This document shows, one piece after another, positions 34,483-46,143 of a stretch of DNA of 64,000 nucleotides (the first letter of the stretch is position 1; each line of letters opens with the position of its first letter). The translations under genes were made by a program, and so were the position numbers. Under the pieces are notes generated by a model. It was not told the DNA's origin. It made no database searches and saw nothing but the letters and a program-made list of their open reading frames with translations. Source of the DNA: an uncultured Chloroflexia bacterium (GTDB lineage Bacteria; Chloroflexota; Anaerolineae; Caldilineales; Caldilineaceae); the NCBI GenBank assembly GCA_963848115.1, contig CAWKCP010000024.1, positions 281,731-345,730 of the forward strand, read 5' to 3'.

Positions 34483-35631
34483 CTAGGCCTCCGACTTACG
34501 GGTTGGATCTGAATCGTCTTCGTGGGCATCTTCGCTTGCGGCCTCCGTCTCAGACGTTGCATTCACTTCGTCTGTCGGCCCATCTGCAACATCTGCGCTC
34601 GCTGCAACAATATCGTCAACCCCGGCAGAGATCTCGTCGCCGGTCTCAGCGACCTCGCTGATGATGACCTCGATCTGATCTTCGCTCTTTTCGGCCGGCG
34701 TATCGATATTTTCATCGACCGAGCCTACGATTGCTTCACCTTCAATCGAGACATCGTTCTTATCTGCAAACTCGTCCGTTGCATCTTCAGTGCCTGCAAC
34801 ATCACTCGGCGCATAGTCCTCTGGGGCCGGCGGTATGATCACGGTCTGCTCATATGCATCAACTTCGGCGCCTGGCACTTCGTCGTCTGTTTTTTCCGGA
34901 TCGGATGGCGCCAACGGCGCCGGAACAGCGCTCGAACTGTCGTACATCGGGTGTTCGCGGGCCAGTTGCCCATACAGGTGATACTGGAACAGGGTCAGAA
35001 AGAGAATGGAAAGCGGCAGGGTCACTGCCAGTCCGATCACACAGAGGATCACGCCTACAATGCCGGCCAGGATGCTGGCGATGAAACTGACAGCCATCAC
35101 CACTAACATGACGATGATTACCTGGCCTAAATTGGCTCGGGTCCACGCCCAGATCTTGGTGACTTTTAGCCCACTGCCGATATGCTCATCGTGAGCGAAC
35201 GAGATTGTGAAGCCGGGGGCGGCCAATGCAACAAAGATGCCGTACAACATCAGCAAGCATGAGGTACATAGTATGATGGCCGAGCCGATGAACTCGCCGG
35301 CGCCGCCGCTATCGGCCAACGCACCGCCGATGAACAATGGCACCATCATCAAGTAGGCCGCCAGCGACCAGACCAAAGCGACAACGACATACTTGAACCC
35401 ACGTGACAGGTCTCCGCCCCATTCATCCCATTCGGGTAGAGGCTGCGCCCTTCCATCGCGAACATTTTGAAGCAGTCGAATCGCATAGCCGCTGAGAATC
35501 AGAAAGCCGACAAACCCGACCAAAACCGGAGAAAGCAGCATGCTGATTAGGATAACGCCTGTGCCGATACCGGCTTTTTTTAACCAGTTTTCATCTTCCG
35601 TAATAAAAGTGATTGCTCGTCCGATATCCAT
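34483..35631 (-). CDS. DUF4013-like membrane protein with a long acidic C-terminal tail
   Basis: FITEDENWLKKAGIG...GYAIRLLQNVRDGRAQPLPEWDEWG matches my memory of DUF4013. There are six or so TM segments, then about 150 aa rich in Asp/Glu/Ala/Ser. Confidence 0.72.
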   Translation of the reverse strand: MDIGRAITFITEDENWLKKAGIGTGVILISMLLSPVLVGFVGFLILSGYAIRLLQNVRDGRAQPLPEWDEWGGDLSRGFKYVVVALVWSLAAYLMMVPLFIGGALADSGGAGEFIGSAIILCTSCLLMLYGIFVALAAPGFTISFAHDEHIGSGLKVTKIWAWTRANLGQVIIVMLVVMAVSFIASILAGIVGVILCVIGLAVTLPLSILFLTLFQYHLYGQLAREHPMYDSSSAVPAPLAPSDPEKTDDEVPGAEVDAYEQTVIIPPAPEDYAPSDVAGTEDATDEFADKNDVSIEGEAIVGSVDENIDTPAEKSEDQIEVIISEVAETGDEISAGVDDIVAASADVADGPTDEVNATSETEAASEDAHEDDSDPTRKSEA

Positions 35632-35888
35632 CCATTCCTCCTTGCCAGGGCCTGCTACGCGCCACTGGAGTCTTCGTTAATTGCCTTTTCCTCTGCCGTT
35701 GTTCTATCAAGTCGGTCGTGCACAAGATTGGCTGCGTAACTCTCACCAGAAATTGTAGCATAGCACCAGAGGCGCAACAACCTGTTTCGATCCGGCTGAG
35801 AATCTCTACGCAGCCGCCTGTGGAAAGTTTCCACGTGGGCATATGATCTGCTTCGGCCCATGCAGGAAAAAATCTCTGTGGAAACGTC

Positions 35889-37289
35889 TTAGCAGTTTAA
35901 GGCTAACCGTATCTCTTGAGTTACCCAGGCGTCGCTTTCATCTTCCAATGCCTCCTGCAAGCTAGATGCTGCATCCTTATGCTTGGTCCTGGAGAGAACC
36001 TCCCCCAGGGCCCAGGCAGCGTGTCCGCGCACAAGAGGGGATTCATCGATCAAGGCCTGTTGGAGAGCGGGTACGACAGATGGATCGGCCCAGTTGCCCA
36101 GGGCGACACAGACGTTGCGGAGCATGCCCGCTCGTTTCGCCCGTTTGACCGGAGAGCGCCGGAAATGCGCGCTGTACGCTGCTTGGTCCAACCAATAGGG
36201 CGTGTCAGGGGAGAACCCTTCGAGTAAGGGCGGTGCGATGCGAGCCTGTTTTGCCTGCAGTGCATCCAGCAGAGGCCGGCGATTCTCGAGATGCCGATTC
36301 CACGGGCAGACTTCCTGGCAGATATCGCACCCGAAGATGCGGTTGCCGAAAGATGAACGCAGCGCACGCGGAATAGGGCTGCGCGCTTCAATGGTCCAAT
36401 AGGAGATACAGCGCTGCGGATCCAGATTGAAGGGACCAACGAAGGCGTCGGTCGGGCAGGCGTCCAGGCAACGTGAGCAGCGTCCGCAGGTGCCGACGGC
36501 GGGCAGTCGGCCGCCATCGGTATCGCCTTTGTTGTTCCTGCGATTGCTTCCGGACACAACGGGAGATGACAATGCCGCCAGCGTCCACGTGCCGTGATTG
36601 CCCCTCCAATCAAGCCCTGTCAGCACCTGCTCGGCTGTGAACTGTTCGACTTCCATAGGAATGGGGACAGGGTCGGGCAGAAGAATTTCGGGTACGAGCA
36701 CCGTCGCCAGTACGAGCCAACTGCCGTCTTTCGGGTGAATCGTGCAGCAGTTCTTGCCGGTGAAACCGATGCCTGCACGCATCGCCCAATCTCTTTCCAA
36801 CACCGGACCCGTGTCAACCAGGCATTTCCCTCGCGTTGTGCGACCGGTTAGACCGGCAATGAAGGCATCCAGTGCGTATAGCTGAGGTCGGATGATCTCG
36901 TGATAGTCGTCGCCCCAGGCGTAGGAGGCGATGATGCCGCGGCTGGGATCGTCGCGTATTGCTGCGGGCAACGAAAACTGATGATAGTTGACCGCTAGAA
37001 CAATGATCGATCGAAACGGCTCATCGTCCGGTCTATCGGCGTCAGCAAGCAGCGCCGGATTGCGCCGTTTGTCGACGTTTCGCTCCAGGTAGGCCATTTC
37101 ACCGGCCCGCCCCTGTGCAAGCCAGCCTTCATAGAAATCCGCATGTGCTGCTTCGGACAGCGGTATGACGCGGCACTGGTCGAAGCCAATGCGTGTGGCT
37201 TCGACCTTGATGGCATCGGTGAGTGCTGCTCTGTCCAATTTGGCTATGCTCCATTCGGGCCGACAAAAATCAGGATCGCGTAGCGTCAT
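35889..37289 (-). CDS. queG: tRNA epoxyqueuosine(34) reductase QueG
   Basis: 4Fe-4S motifs CGRCSRCLDACP and CDICQEVCPWN, a QueG core and a C-terminal HEAT-like repeat (PLVRGHAAWALGE). The ORF track opens at TTG 37292; ATG 37289 is preferred. Confidence 0.9.
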   Translation of the reverse strand: MTLRDPDFCRPEWSIAKLDRAALTDAIKVEATRIGFDQCRVIPLSEAAHADFYEGWLAQGRAGEMAYLERNVDKRRNPALLADADRPDDEPFRSIIVLAVNYHQFSLPAAIRDDPSRGIIASYAWGDDYHEIIRPQLYALDAFIAGLTGRTTRGKCLVDTGPVLERDWAMRAGIGFTGKNCCTIHPKDGSWLVLATVLVPEILLPDPVPIPMEVEQFTAEQVLTGLDWRGNHGTWTLAALSSPVVSGSNRRNNKGDTDGGRLPAVGTCGRCSRCLDACPTDAFVGPFNLDPQRCISYWTIEARSPIPRALRSSFGNRIFGCDICQEVCPWNRHLENRRPLLDALQAKQARIAPPLLEGFSPDTPYWLDQAAYSAHFRRSPVKRAKRAGMLRNVCVALGNWADPSVVPALQQALIDESPLVRGHAAWALGEVLSRTKHKDAASSLQEALEDESDAWVTQEIRLALNC

Positions 37290-37290
37290 C

Positions 37291-37320
37291 AATTCAGGTG
37301 TTGAAAATTCAGGTGTCGAA
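37291..37320. repeat. Tandem 15-nt direct repeat (x2) abutting the queG start
   Basis: AATTCAGGTGTTGAA / AATTCAGGTGTCGAA. Confidence 0.75.
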
Positions 37321-37569
37321 CATGTAACGGGCTGCAGACCCCGCGTATTGTGGCATTTTCGAGGACTGCCGTCAATCTATGCTATGGCACAGAACCTCCA
37401 TGGACTGCGTGAGTCGTCGATCTACCTTGCAAACAAGACGAGTTGAGAACGAATAGGTAGGGACCGGGACTTAACAGAACCTGTACGCGAAAATTTGTTG
37501 GCGGCCATAGACCTTGTGTTACAATCAAAAATCGCGTTTGCGAGGCCTTTCGAAGCGGAATGGGAACCA

Positions 37570-38790
37570 ATGAATTACAAACGACTGGCGTCAATTTCAT
37601 ACGGCCATTTTGCCATCGACATCCTCAATTCGTCGATTGCCATCATCTTGACGTCAGTCTCCGGCGATTTTGATCTGTCGGTCAGTCAGATCGGCTTCGG
37701 AGCCATGATCTACACGTTCGCAGCCGCCTTCAGCCAGCCGCTCTTTGGCCTGGTGGCCGATAGGTTGCGTGGCCGGTGGCTGGGCGCCATTGGCCTGGCC
37801 TGGACGATACTCTTCTACGCGCTGGCCGCCTTTTCCCCCAGCTACCCTGTGTTGATCACACTGTTGACCATCGGCGCGCTTGGCAGCGGCGCGTTCCATC
37901 CTGTGGGCATTGTCAACGCGGCTGATGCCGGCGGCGACTATCCTACCTCCTCTACGTCGATCTTCTTCCTGCTTGGTCAGTCCGGCCTGGCCTTGGGGCC
38001 GATTGTTTCCGGCATCGTGTTGCAGAACATGGGACTGGCCGGTCTGCCCTACATCGCCTTGGCCATGACGCCTGCTGTCGTGATGATGGCCATATTCCTG
38101 AACGATCCGATGACTGACCATGCGCCGCAGCCGGAATCGAAGCCGACGGAGCATTCAACGGATGTTGCTGCGCCCACCGTTACACAGCGGCCTCAGGTCG
38201 GTAGATTGGTCGTGACTGCCTTTGTGCTGGCCATTGCGCTGCGGGCCACAACGATCCAGAGTTTCGCCGTCTTGTTGCCCAAGTATTTTGACAACCTAGG
38301 CTTCACTTCCGGCGAATATGGATTGATGCTCGGCATCTTCACGATGGGTGGGGCGCTGGGCACGCTCTCCGGCGGCATCTTCGGTGACCGCTTTGAGCGG
38401 CGTACGTTGATGGTCGCGGCCCTGCTGTGCAGTGTGCCGTTTTCACTGGCCCTGCTAAATACCCAGGGTATGGCCTATTTCGTGGCCGCATTCATTGCTG
38501 GCGGATTGCTCAATGTGCCGCACAGCATCATGCTGATCATCGGCCAGGAGTTGCTGCCCAAGCGTAAGGGTTTCATCGGTGGCGCTGTGCTCGGATTTAT
38601 GTTTGCTAGTGGTGCAGGAATGGCCTGGGTGGCCAGCTGGTTTGCGGATTGGATCGGGTTGACCACAGTGCTCACAGTGTTGGCCTTCTTCCCCATTGGC
38701 GCGGCTGCGGTCACTCTCTTGCTGCCCAGATCGCGCAGCACGGTTCTGTCCTCAACCGAGCCTGCCCCATCTGCGGTTTCTGCGGATTGA
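37570..38790 (+). CDS. MFS transporter
   Basis: 12-TM layout with the loop motif LVADRLRGRW between TM2 and TM3. An extended -10 TGTTACAAT lies at 37517-37525 upstream. ATG 37570 is preferred over ORF-track start 37495. Confidence 0.85.
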   Translation: MNYKRLASISYGHFAIDILNSSIAIILTSVSGDFDLSVSQIGFGAMIYTFAAAFSQPLFGLVADRLRGRWLGAIGLAWTILFYALAAFSPSYPVLITLLTIGALGSGAFHPVGIVNAADAGGDYPTSSTSIFFLLGQSGLALGPIVSGIVLQNMGLAGLPYIALAMTPAVVMMAIFLNDPMTDHAPQPESKPTEHSTDVAAPTVTQRPQVGRLVVTAFVLAIALRATTIQSFAVLLPKYFDNLGFTSGEYGLMLGIFTMGGALGTLSGGIFGDRFERRTLMVAALLCSVPFSLALLNTQGMAYFVAAFIAGGLLNVPHSIMLIIGQELLPKRKGFIGGAVLGFMFASGAGMAWVASWFADWIGLTTVLTVLAFFPIGAAAVTLLLPRSRSTVLSSTEPAPSAVSAD

Positions 38791-38959
38791 ATGGAATGGG
38801 CGGATTTTCGTTGATCTTTCAGAGATATTTCTGATGGCATCAGTCCGATCCACCGGCTCGGCGTTCTACTATGAGCGTGACTGGATCGCCACGTTTTTCG
38901 ACAGGATTCCTCTTCGTCAGCTTCCACGAAATGTATTTCGGTAATTAAAACAGTTCAAT

Positions 38960-38988
38960 TTGACAAAATTAAATCGACGTGCTACAAT
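38960..38988 (+). promoter_or_regulatory. Near-consensus sigma-70 promoter for the sufR-suf operon
   Basis: TTGACA (38960-38965), a 17-nt spacer, then TACAAT (38983-38988). It lies about 46 nt upstream of the sufR ATG. Confidence 0.55.
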
Positions 38989-39034
38989 TTCGCTCTGAAA
39001 AGTTCGTTTTCTCTGTTATGTGCAAGGAGCGGAT

Positions 39035-39718
39035 ATGGCCTTAAGCCGATACGTCAAAAATCAAGAAAACCCAACCTGGCTCGTCCTTGAACACTTGCAG
39101 AAGTCCGGCTCAGCCAGTATCAAAGATCTGGAAGTCGTCCTCGGCGTTACAACTACGGCTGTGCGCCAGCATCTGAACACATTGCAGGCGGAGGGCTATA
39201 TTGAACGTCGGCGTGTTCCAGGGGGTGTCGGGCGTCCTCACTACGCCTATACGTTGACCGGCAAGAGTCAGGAGCTTTTTGGTTGCCACTGTGATGATTT
39301 GGCTCTCACGTTGCTGGAGGAGGTCTTCCTTCTGGAGGGCAGCGAACGAACAGAGTTGCTCTTGGGGCGTGTGGGCAACCGACTTGCCACACAGTATGCG
39401 AATGATGTGCGTTCTACGGTCCTTCAGGATCGCGTTGAAGAATTGGCCGGGGCGCTCTATGAGCGGGGCGTCATTGCAGACGTCAGCAAGCAGAGCGATG
39501 ACACCATTGTGCTTCACACCTACAATTGTCCCTATCATGAGCTGGCCCAAGACCATCGTGAAATCTGTGAGATGGACCAGAAGATGATACGGCAGGTTCT
39601 GGGTTCCGATGTCAATCTGAGCGAGTGCATGATGGATGGGCATGGAAGCTGTACCTTTGTCGTTGAGAACGCGAAGAGTACAGACTCAAGCTCGAAGCTC
39701 AACGGCAACGTCCGCTGA
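39035..39718 (+). CDS. sufR: SufR-like iron-sulfur cluster biosynthesis transcriptional regulator (winged HTH plus Cys-rich C-domain)
   Basis: N-terminal wHTH (SIKDLEVVLGVTTTAVRQHLNTLQAEGYIERR). The C-terminal cysteines follow C-x12-C-x19-C-x7-C (CPYHELAQDHREIC...C...C). Heads the suf operon. AAGGAG RBS before ATG 39035. Confidence 0.65.
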   Translation: MALSRYVKNQENPTWLVLEHLQKSGSASIKDLEVVLGVTTTAVRQHLNTLQAEGYIERRRVPGGVGRPHYAYTLTGKSQELFGCHCDDLALTLLEEVFLLEGSERTELLLGRVGNRLATQYANDVRSTVLQDRVEELAGALYERGVIADVSKQSDDTIVLHTYNCPYHELAQDHREICEMDQKMIRQVLGSDVNLSECMMDGHGSCTFVVENAKSTDSSSKLNGNVR

Positions 39719-39844
39719 TGACCGGTGGCGTTGTTGGGGCCGTTTCGTATCAATCGTATCAAGCTGTCCGACCAAATATTCTAAGAAACTGTACGGGATT
39801 CACTGGCTGAAATTAGTCATTACCTATAGGAGCGAAAATTTACC

Positions 39845-40657
39845 ATGAGTGTTCTTGAAATCCGCAACCTTCATGCTTCAGTTGAAGATACGGAAATCCT
39901 CAAAGGCGTTAATCTGACCTTGCACAGCGGCGAAATCCACGCCCTAATGGGGCCAAACGGCTCCGGCAAGTCGACCTTGGGCTATGTGATTGCAGGCCAC
40001 CCGCACTATGAAGTGACTGAGGGTGACATTCTGATTGACGGCGAAAGTATCTTGGACTTGGAGGCGGACGAGCGCACCAAAGCCGGCGTCTTTCTTGCTT
40101 TTCAGTACCCGGTTGCCGTACCCGGCGTGACAGTTGCCAACTTCCTGCGTACTGCGGTCTCCAATGTACGTGGCTATACGGAACAGTCGAATGGGAACGG
40201 CAAGAGCGGTGTCATCGGTAGCAACCTCATGCCCATGCGTGAGTTCCGCCGTGAGCTTAACGCTAAGATGAAGGAGTACAATGTCGATGCCAGCTTTGCC
40301 CGTCGGTATCTGAACGACGGCTTCTCCGGCGGCGAAAAGAAGCGTACGGAAGTATTGCAGATGGCCATGCTGGAGCCGACCTTTGCCATCCTCGACGAGT
40401 CTGATTCGGGTCTCGACATCGATGCTCTGCGCGTGGTCTCTGACGGTATCAACAAACTGGCGACGGAAGATCGTGGTTTCCTGCTTGTCACCCACTATCA
40501 GCGTATTCTCAACTACGTGAAGCCGAATCACGTCAGTATCTTCCACAATGGACGCATCGTGATGACCGGCGGACCGGAAGTGGCGCATATGCTTGAAGAG
40601 CGCGGCTACGGTTGGGTTGAGGAAGAGTTTAAGGGCGCGGAAGCGGTTGCTGCGTAG
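39845..40657 (+). CDS. sufC: Fe-S cluster assembly ATPase SufC
   Basis: GPNGSGKSTL Walker A, FSGGEKKR signature, ILDESDSGLD, and LVTHYQRIL typical of SufC. Confidence 0.96.
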   Translation: MSVLEIRNLHASVEDTEILKGVNLTLHSGEIHALMGPNGSGKSTLGYVIAGHPHYEVTEGDILIDGESILDLEADERTKAGVFLAFQYPVAVPGVTVANFLRTAVSNVRGYTEQSNGNGKSGVIGSNLMPMREFRRELNAKMKEYNVDASFARRYLNDGFSGGEKKRTEVLQMAMLEPTFAILDESDSGLDIDALRVVSDGINKLATEDRGFLLVTHYQRILNYVKPNHVSIFHNGRIVMTGGPEVAHMLEERGYGWVEEEFKGAEAVAA

Positions 40658-40668
40658 GGAAACACGAA

Positions 40669-40792
40669 ACATACTGCGTGCTGCGTACTACGTAATTCGG
40701 TGTTGACGTTGCCGTCTGTTGAACGGCAATCGTTGGCCCTGAAACAAGTGTGGTCTCCATTGAGACCTTAAACAGCACGCAGTACGTATTAG
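40669..40792. repeat. Structured intergenic element with ACTGCGT-type heptamer arms
   Basis: The left arm ACTGCGT GCTGCGT ACTACGT (40672-40692) pairs with CAGCACGCAGTACGTAT (40773-40789). It encloses two inner hairpins: TTGCCGT...ACGGCAA and GGTCTC-CATT-GAGACC. Confidence 0.7.
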
Positions 40793-40807
40793 ATTTTGGA
40801 GAAACCA

Positions 40808-42221
<1,414 letters not shown>

Positions 42222-42223
<2 letters not shown>

Positions 42224-42334
42224 GAGTTGAGGTAGGGGATTAGGGATTAGGGATCGGTGATTGGGGAACTCTGGAAGTCCAGATGCGTTCGCCAATCACC
42301 GATCCCTAATCCCCTATCCCTAATCTCAACCCTC
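42222..42334. repeat. ~40-bp-stem hairpin built from GGGATTA heptamers (sufB|sufD junction)
   Basis: GGAGTTGAGGTAGGGGATTAGGGATTAGGGATCGGTGATTGG (42222-42263) pairs with CCAATCACCGATCCCTAATCCCCTATCCCTAATCTCAACCCTCC (42291-42334). There are five exact 7-nt units at 42234-42268. Confidence 0.85.
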
Positions 42335-42358
42335 CCAGAACTGAGGGAGACACAAAAC

Positions 42359-43687
42359 GTGAGTGCACTTGTAAAAGAAAAAGTAATCGATTTGGTCGCC
42401 GGCTTTAGCCAGGAGACTGTCCGGGCCCTCTCGGCTGCCCGCAATGAACCTGAATGGATGCTCCAGTTTCGTCTTGACGCCTGGAATACCTTCGAGCAGA
42501 TTCCTTGGCCGGCGGCGACGGATGAGGCCTGGCGCCGCACGCGCCTGACCGGCTTCAAGCTGGAGAAGTTCCAGGCCGTTGCCAGGCCTGCGAGTGATGA
42601 TGTCGTTCTGCCTACGGTGATTCAGGCGGAACTTGATGATATGGAGAGTGCCGCCAGTCTCGTCTTTCAGGATGGCGGCGTGATCTACAGCGACATGAAT
42701 GAAGACCTGGATGACAAGGGCGTGATCTTCACCGATTTGCAGAGCGCTGTCAACGACTACCCTGATCTTGTCAAAGAACATTTTATGACCAGCGTCGTCA
42801 AGCCTGATCATAACAAGTTCACGGCTTTGCATGCTGCGCTCTGGGATACCGGAGCCTTTGTCTATGTGCCCAAGAACAGCAAGGTCGATCTGCCGTTGCA
42901 GATCATTCTCAACCAGGCGACGGCCAAGACCGGCGGTTATCATCACACATTGATCGTGGCCGATGAAGGCGCGGACGTGACGGTGGTCGACGATCTGCTC
43001 GGCGGTGAAGACGGCATGCAGAGTAGCGTCGTCGAGCTTGTCGTCGGTGACAATAGCGTCGTTCGCTATATGAATCTGCAGGACTTCGCTCACTCGACCT
43101 GGAATTTCATGACCGGCCGCGCTGCCATGGGACGCAACACCGATCTGCGCTGGGTCCAGGTGAGCTGGGGCAGCCGCATGACGAAGGCCTTCCTCGACCT
43201 GGATCTGATGGGATCGGGTGGCCACGGCGAGCTGCTGGGCATCTATTTCCCGACCGGCAAACAGCACATCGATCACCAGACCTTGCAGATCCATCGCGCG
43301 CCCAATTGCTTCAGCGATCTGCTATTCAATGGCGCGCTCAAAGATCGATCACGTAATGTCTACATGGGCATCATCAAGGTCCTGAAAGACGCGCAGAAGA
43401 CGGACGCATTCCAGCGCAACGGCAATCTCATTCTGGACAATACTGCTCGGACAGACAGCATTCCTGGTCTTGAGATTGAAGCCGATGACGTGCGCTGCAC
43501 ACATGCGGCCACGGCAGCCCAGGTCGAAGATGAATATGTCTTCTATCTGATGGCCCGTGGTCTAAGCCGGCCTCAGGCGGAACGCATGATCGTCCAGGGC
43601 TTCTTCCAGGCCGTGCTGGATCGTGTGCCTGTGGAGAGTGTCGTCACCAAGCTGGAACGGGTGATCGAACGCAAGATTGGCGGATAG
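42359..43687 (+). CDS. sufD: Fe-S cluster assembly protein SufD
   Basis: EPEWMLQFRLDAW, FVYVPKNSKVDLPLQ and HHTLIVADEGADV are SufD-type. GTG 42359 is preceded by GAGGGAG. The ORF-track start 42257 lies inside the hairpin repeat. Confidence 0.93.
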   Translation: MSALVKEKVIDLVAGFSQETVRALSAARNEPEWMLQFRLDAWNTFEQIPWPAATDEAWRRTRLTGFKLEKFQAVARPASDDVVLPTVIQAELDDMESAASLVFQDGGVIYSDMNEDLDDKGVIFTDLQSAVNDYPDLVKEHFMTSVVKPDHNKFTALHAALWDTGAFVYVPKNSKVDLPLQIILNQATAKTGGYHHTLIVADEGADVTVVDDLLGGEDGMQSSVVELVVGDNSVVRYMNLQDFAHSTWNFMTGRAAMGRNTDLRWVQVSWGSRMTKAFLDLDLMGSGGHGELLGIYFPTGKQHIDHQTLQIHRAPNCFSDLLFNGALKDRSRNVYMGIIKVLKDAQKTDAFQRNGNLILDNTARTDSIPGLEIEADDVRCTHAATAAQVEDEYVFYLMARGLSRPQAERMIVQGFFQAVLDRVPVESVVTKLERVIERKIGG

Positions 43688-43704
43688 TGAAAACGCACGA
43701 AGTC

Positions 43705-43772
43705 TAAAGATCGAGGACCAAAGATCGAAGATCGGTGCATGCAACGTCTTCCCGATCTTTGGTCTTCGATTT
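43705..43772. repeat. AAGATCG-heptamer hairpin (sufD|rhodanese junction)
   Basis: The left arm is TAAAGATCGAGGACCAAAGATCGAAGATCGG. CGAGGACCAAAGATCG pairs with CGATCTTTGGTCTTCG (43753-43768). It shares an identical 20-mer with 991-1010. Confidence 0.75.
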
Positions 43773-43788
43773 CAATAGGAGGCGCTTC

Positions 43789-44646
43789 ATGAGCATTGAA
43801 TCTAAAGGCTATGCCCATCCCGATGTGCTGGTGAGCACCGAGTGGGTAGCTAAGCATTCCCACGATCCGAATGTCCGAATTGTAGAGAGTGACGAAGACG
43901 TGCTACTGTATAACATCGCGCATATTCCCGGTTCGATTAAGCTTGACTGGCATACGGATTTGAACGATCCGATGGTGCGCGATTACATCGATCAGGAGCA
44001 GTTTCAGGCGCTGATGAGACGCAACGGTATCGGGAACGATACGACCGTTGTTTTCTATGGTGACAAGAACAACTGGTGGGCGACCTACGCCTTCTGGGTC
44101 TTCCAGCTTTTCGGACACACCAACGCCAAGATCATGGATGGTGGTCGCGCCAAGTGGATCGCGGAAGGCCGCGAGGTGACACGCGAAATTCCCACCTATC
44201 CGTCGACCAATTATGTTGCCCAAAAACGGGATGATACCAAGCTGCGTGCCTTCCGTGATGAGGTGCTTGGTCACGTCGAGGAAGGGAAACCGCTGGTGGA
44301 TGTCCGCAGCCCCGGCGAATATAAGGGCGAACTTCTGCATATGGCCGACTACCCTCAGGAAGGTGCAATGCGTGGCGGACATATTCCTGGGGCCAAGAGC
44401 GTCCCCTGGTCACGGGCTGCCAATGAGGACGGCACCTTCCGCAGCGCCGATGAACTGCGCGCCCTCTATGAGGAGGAGCAGGGGCTCTCTTCGGACGACG
44501 ATATCGTGGCCTACTGCCGCATCGGTGAGCGCAGCAGCCATTCGTGGTTTGTGCTGACCTATCTGTTGGGCTACGATAATGTGCGCAACTATGATGGATC
44601 TTGGACTGAATGGGGCAACGCAGTCGGATTGCCGATTGAACGATAG
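43789..44646 (+). CDS. Two-domain rhodanese (thiosulfate sulfurtransferase, SseA/CysA-like)
   Basis: The active-site loop [15 protein letters not shown] and the overall tandem-rhodanese layout. AGGAGG precedes ATG 43789. Confidence 0.9.
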   Translation: MSIESKGYAHPDVLVSTEWVAKHSHDPNVRIVESDEDVLLYNIAHIPGSIKLDWHTDLNDPMVRDYIDQEQFQALMRRNGIGNDTTVVFYGDKNNWWATYAFWVFQLFGHTNAKIMDGGRAKWIAEGREVTREIPTYPSTNYVAQKRDDTKLRAFRDEVLGHVEEGKPLVDVRSPGEYKGELLHMADYPQEGAMRGGHIPGAKSVPWSRAANEDGTFRSADELRALYEEEQGLSSDDDIVAYCRIGERSSHSWFVLTYLLGYDNVRNYDGSWTEWGNAVGLPIER

Positions 44647-44749
44647 GGATTAGGGAATGGGGATTGCCGAATGGGTGGACCGCATTTTCTGGTCACGACA
44701 ATCTCCCGATCGCCGATCCCTGATCCCCAATCCCCATTCGCCAGTCACC
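44644..44749. repeat. GGGATT-heptamer hairpin (rhodanese|sufS junction)
   Basis: Left array: AGGGATT AGGGAAT GGGGATT GCCGAAT (44645-44672). Right array: ATCGCCG ATCCCTG ATCCCCA ATCCCCA TTCGCCA. GAATGGGGATTG pairs with CAATCCCCATTC. Confidence 0.8.
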
Positions 44750-44770
44750 GACAGAACGAGATGAGATCGC

Positions 44771-46012
44771 ATGACCGACATCGCTGTACGGGATCGCACA
44801 GCCGAAATTCGGGAACAGTTTCCGAATCTTGAACGTGAAATCGAAGGCAATCCGCTTGCCTATCTGGATAACGGCGCCAGCAGTCAGAAACCAATAGCGG
44901 TTCTTGATGCGCTTGACGGTTTCTATCGACATTACAATGCCAATGTCCATCGCGGTGCACACACGCTGAGTCAAGAGGCGACTGCGGAATATGAAAATGC
45001 GCGCCTGCGGGTGGCTCGATTCATTAACGCGCCGAGCGACAAACAGGTCATCTTCACGGACGGCACGACTGAGGGGATCAACCTCGTTGCCTACGCGTGG
45101 GGACGCGCAAATTTGGGCCCCGGTGATGAGGTGTTGATCACCGAGATGGAGCATCACAGCAACATCGTGCCCTGGCAGATCCTGCGCGATGAGCTTGGAT
45201 TTACGCTGCGTTACATTCCGATCACCAATGAAGGTCTGCTCGATCTCTCTGAGCTTGATACGCTGCTCAACCAGCGGACCAAGATGTTGAGCTTCATCCA
45301 CATGAGCAATGTGCTGGGGACGGTGAATCCTGTAGCGCAGTTGATTGAGGCAGCCCACGCCGTTGGCGCGAAAGTGCTGCTCGATGGCGCGCAGAGCGTG
45401 CCCCACATGACCGTCGACGTCCAGGCGCTCGATGTCGACTTCCTGGTCTTCAGCGGCCACAAGATGTGTGGCCCGACCGGCATCGGTGTCCTCTATGGCA
45501 AGCTGGCGTTGTTGGAGGAGATGCCGCCCTTTATGGGGGGCGGCGACATGATCCGGGACGTCAAGATGAGCGGCAGCACGTGGGCGGATCTTCCTTACAA
45601 GTTCGAAGCAGGGACGCCGGCCATTGCGCAGGCAATTGGATTGGGTGCAGCGGTCGATTTTCTCGTAGAGATCGGCATGGATTGGATCAACGGCCACGAG
45701 AAAGCATTGGTTGAATACGGCTACGAGCAACTCAGCCAAGTCGAAGGACTACACATTCTGGGGCCGGGACCCGAGCAGCGTGGCGGGCTGCTTTCCTTCA
45801 TCGTCGATGAGATTCATGCCCACGATCTGGCAGCCATCCTCGATCATGACGGTATTGCTGTGCGGGCGGGTCATCATTGTGCCCAGCCGGTCCACGATCA
45901 CTATGGCATTCCGGCCAGCGCGCGGGCAAGTTTCTATTTGTATAATACGTTTGAAGAGATTGACCGGCTCAAGGCCGGCCTGGAAAAGGCGATCCGCATC
46001 TTTGCATTTTGA
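44771..46012 (+). CDS. sufS: Cysteine desulfurase SufS (class V aminotransferase, group II)
   Basis: YLDNGASSQKP, NVHRGAHTLS, FSGHKMCGPTGIG (PLP-lysine) and RAGHHCAQP (catalytic Cys loop). Confidence 0.96.
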   Translation: MTDIAVRDRTAEIREQFPNLEREIEGNPLAYLDNGASSQKPIAVLDALDGFYRHYNANVHRGAHTLSQEATAEYENARLRVARFINAPSDKQVIFTDGTTEGINLVAYAWGRANLGPGDEVLITEMEHHSNIVPWQILRDELGFTLRYIPITNEGLLDLSELDTLLNQRTKMLSFIHMSNVLGTVNPVAQLIEAAHAVGAKVLLDGAQSVPHMTVDVQALDVDFLVFSGHKMCGPTGIGVLYGKLALLEEMPPFMGGGDMIRDVKMSGSTWADLPYKFEAGTPAIAQAIGLGAAVDFLVEIGMDWINGHEKALVEYGYEQLSQVEGLHILGPGPEQRGGLLSFIVDEIHAHDLAAILDHDGIAVRAGHHCAQPVHDHYGIPASARASFYLYNTFEEIDRLKAGLEKAIRIFAF

Positions 46013-46031
46013 GGAGGGTCGCAGAATACTA

Positions 46032-46100
46032 GTGGCCGTGTCCGTGAATATCTGTGACTCTACTGCAATAAGCCTTTTTCGCCACGGATTGACACAGATG
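46032..46100. repeat. CCGTG/CTGTG-unit hairpin with a conserved box in the loop (sufS|Rieske junction)
   Basis: The left arm GTGGCCGTGTCCGTGAATATCTGTG and the right arm CGCCACGGATTGACACAGATG. The loop carries CTGCAATAAGCCTTTTTC, which resembles the boxes at 27740 and 27823. Confidence 0.65.
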
Positions 46101-46143
46101 AAAAAAGGATAAGACACAGTTAGGCAAATGAGACTAAAATACA

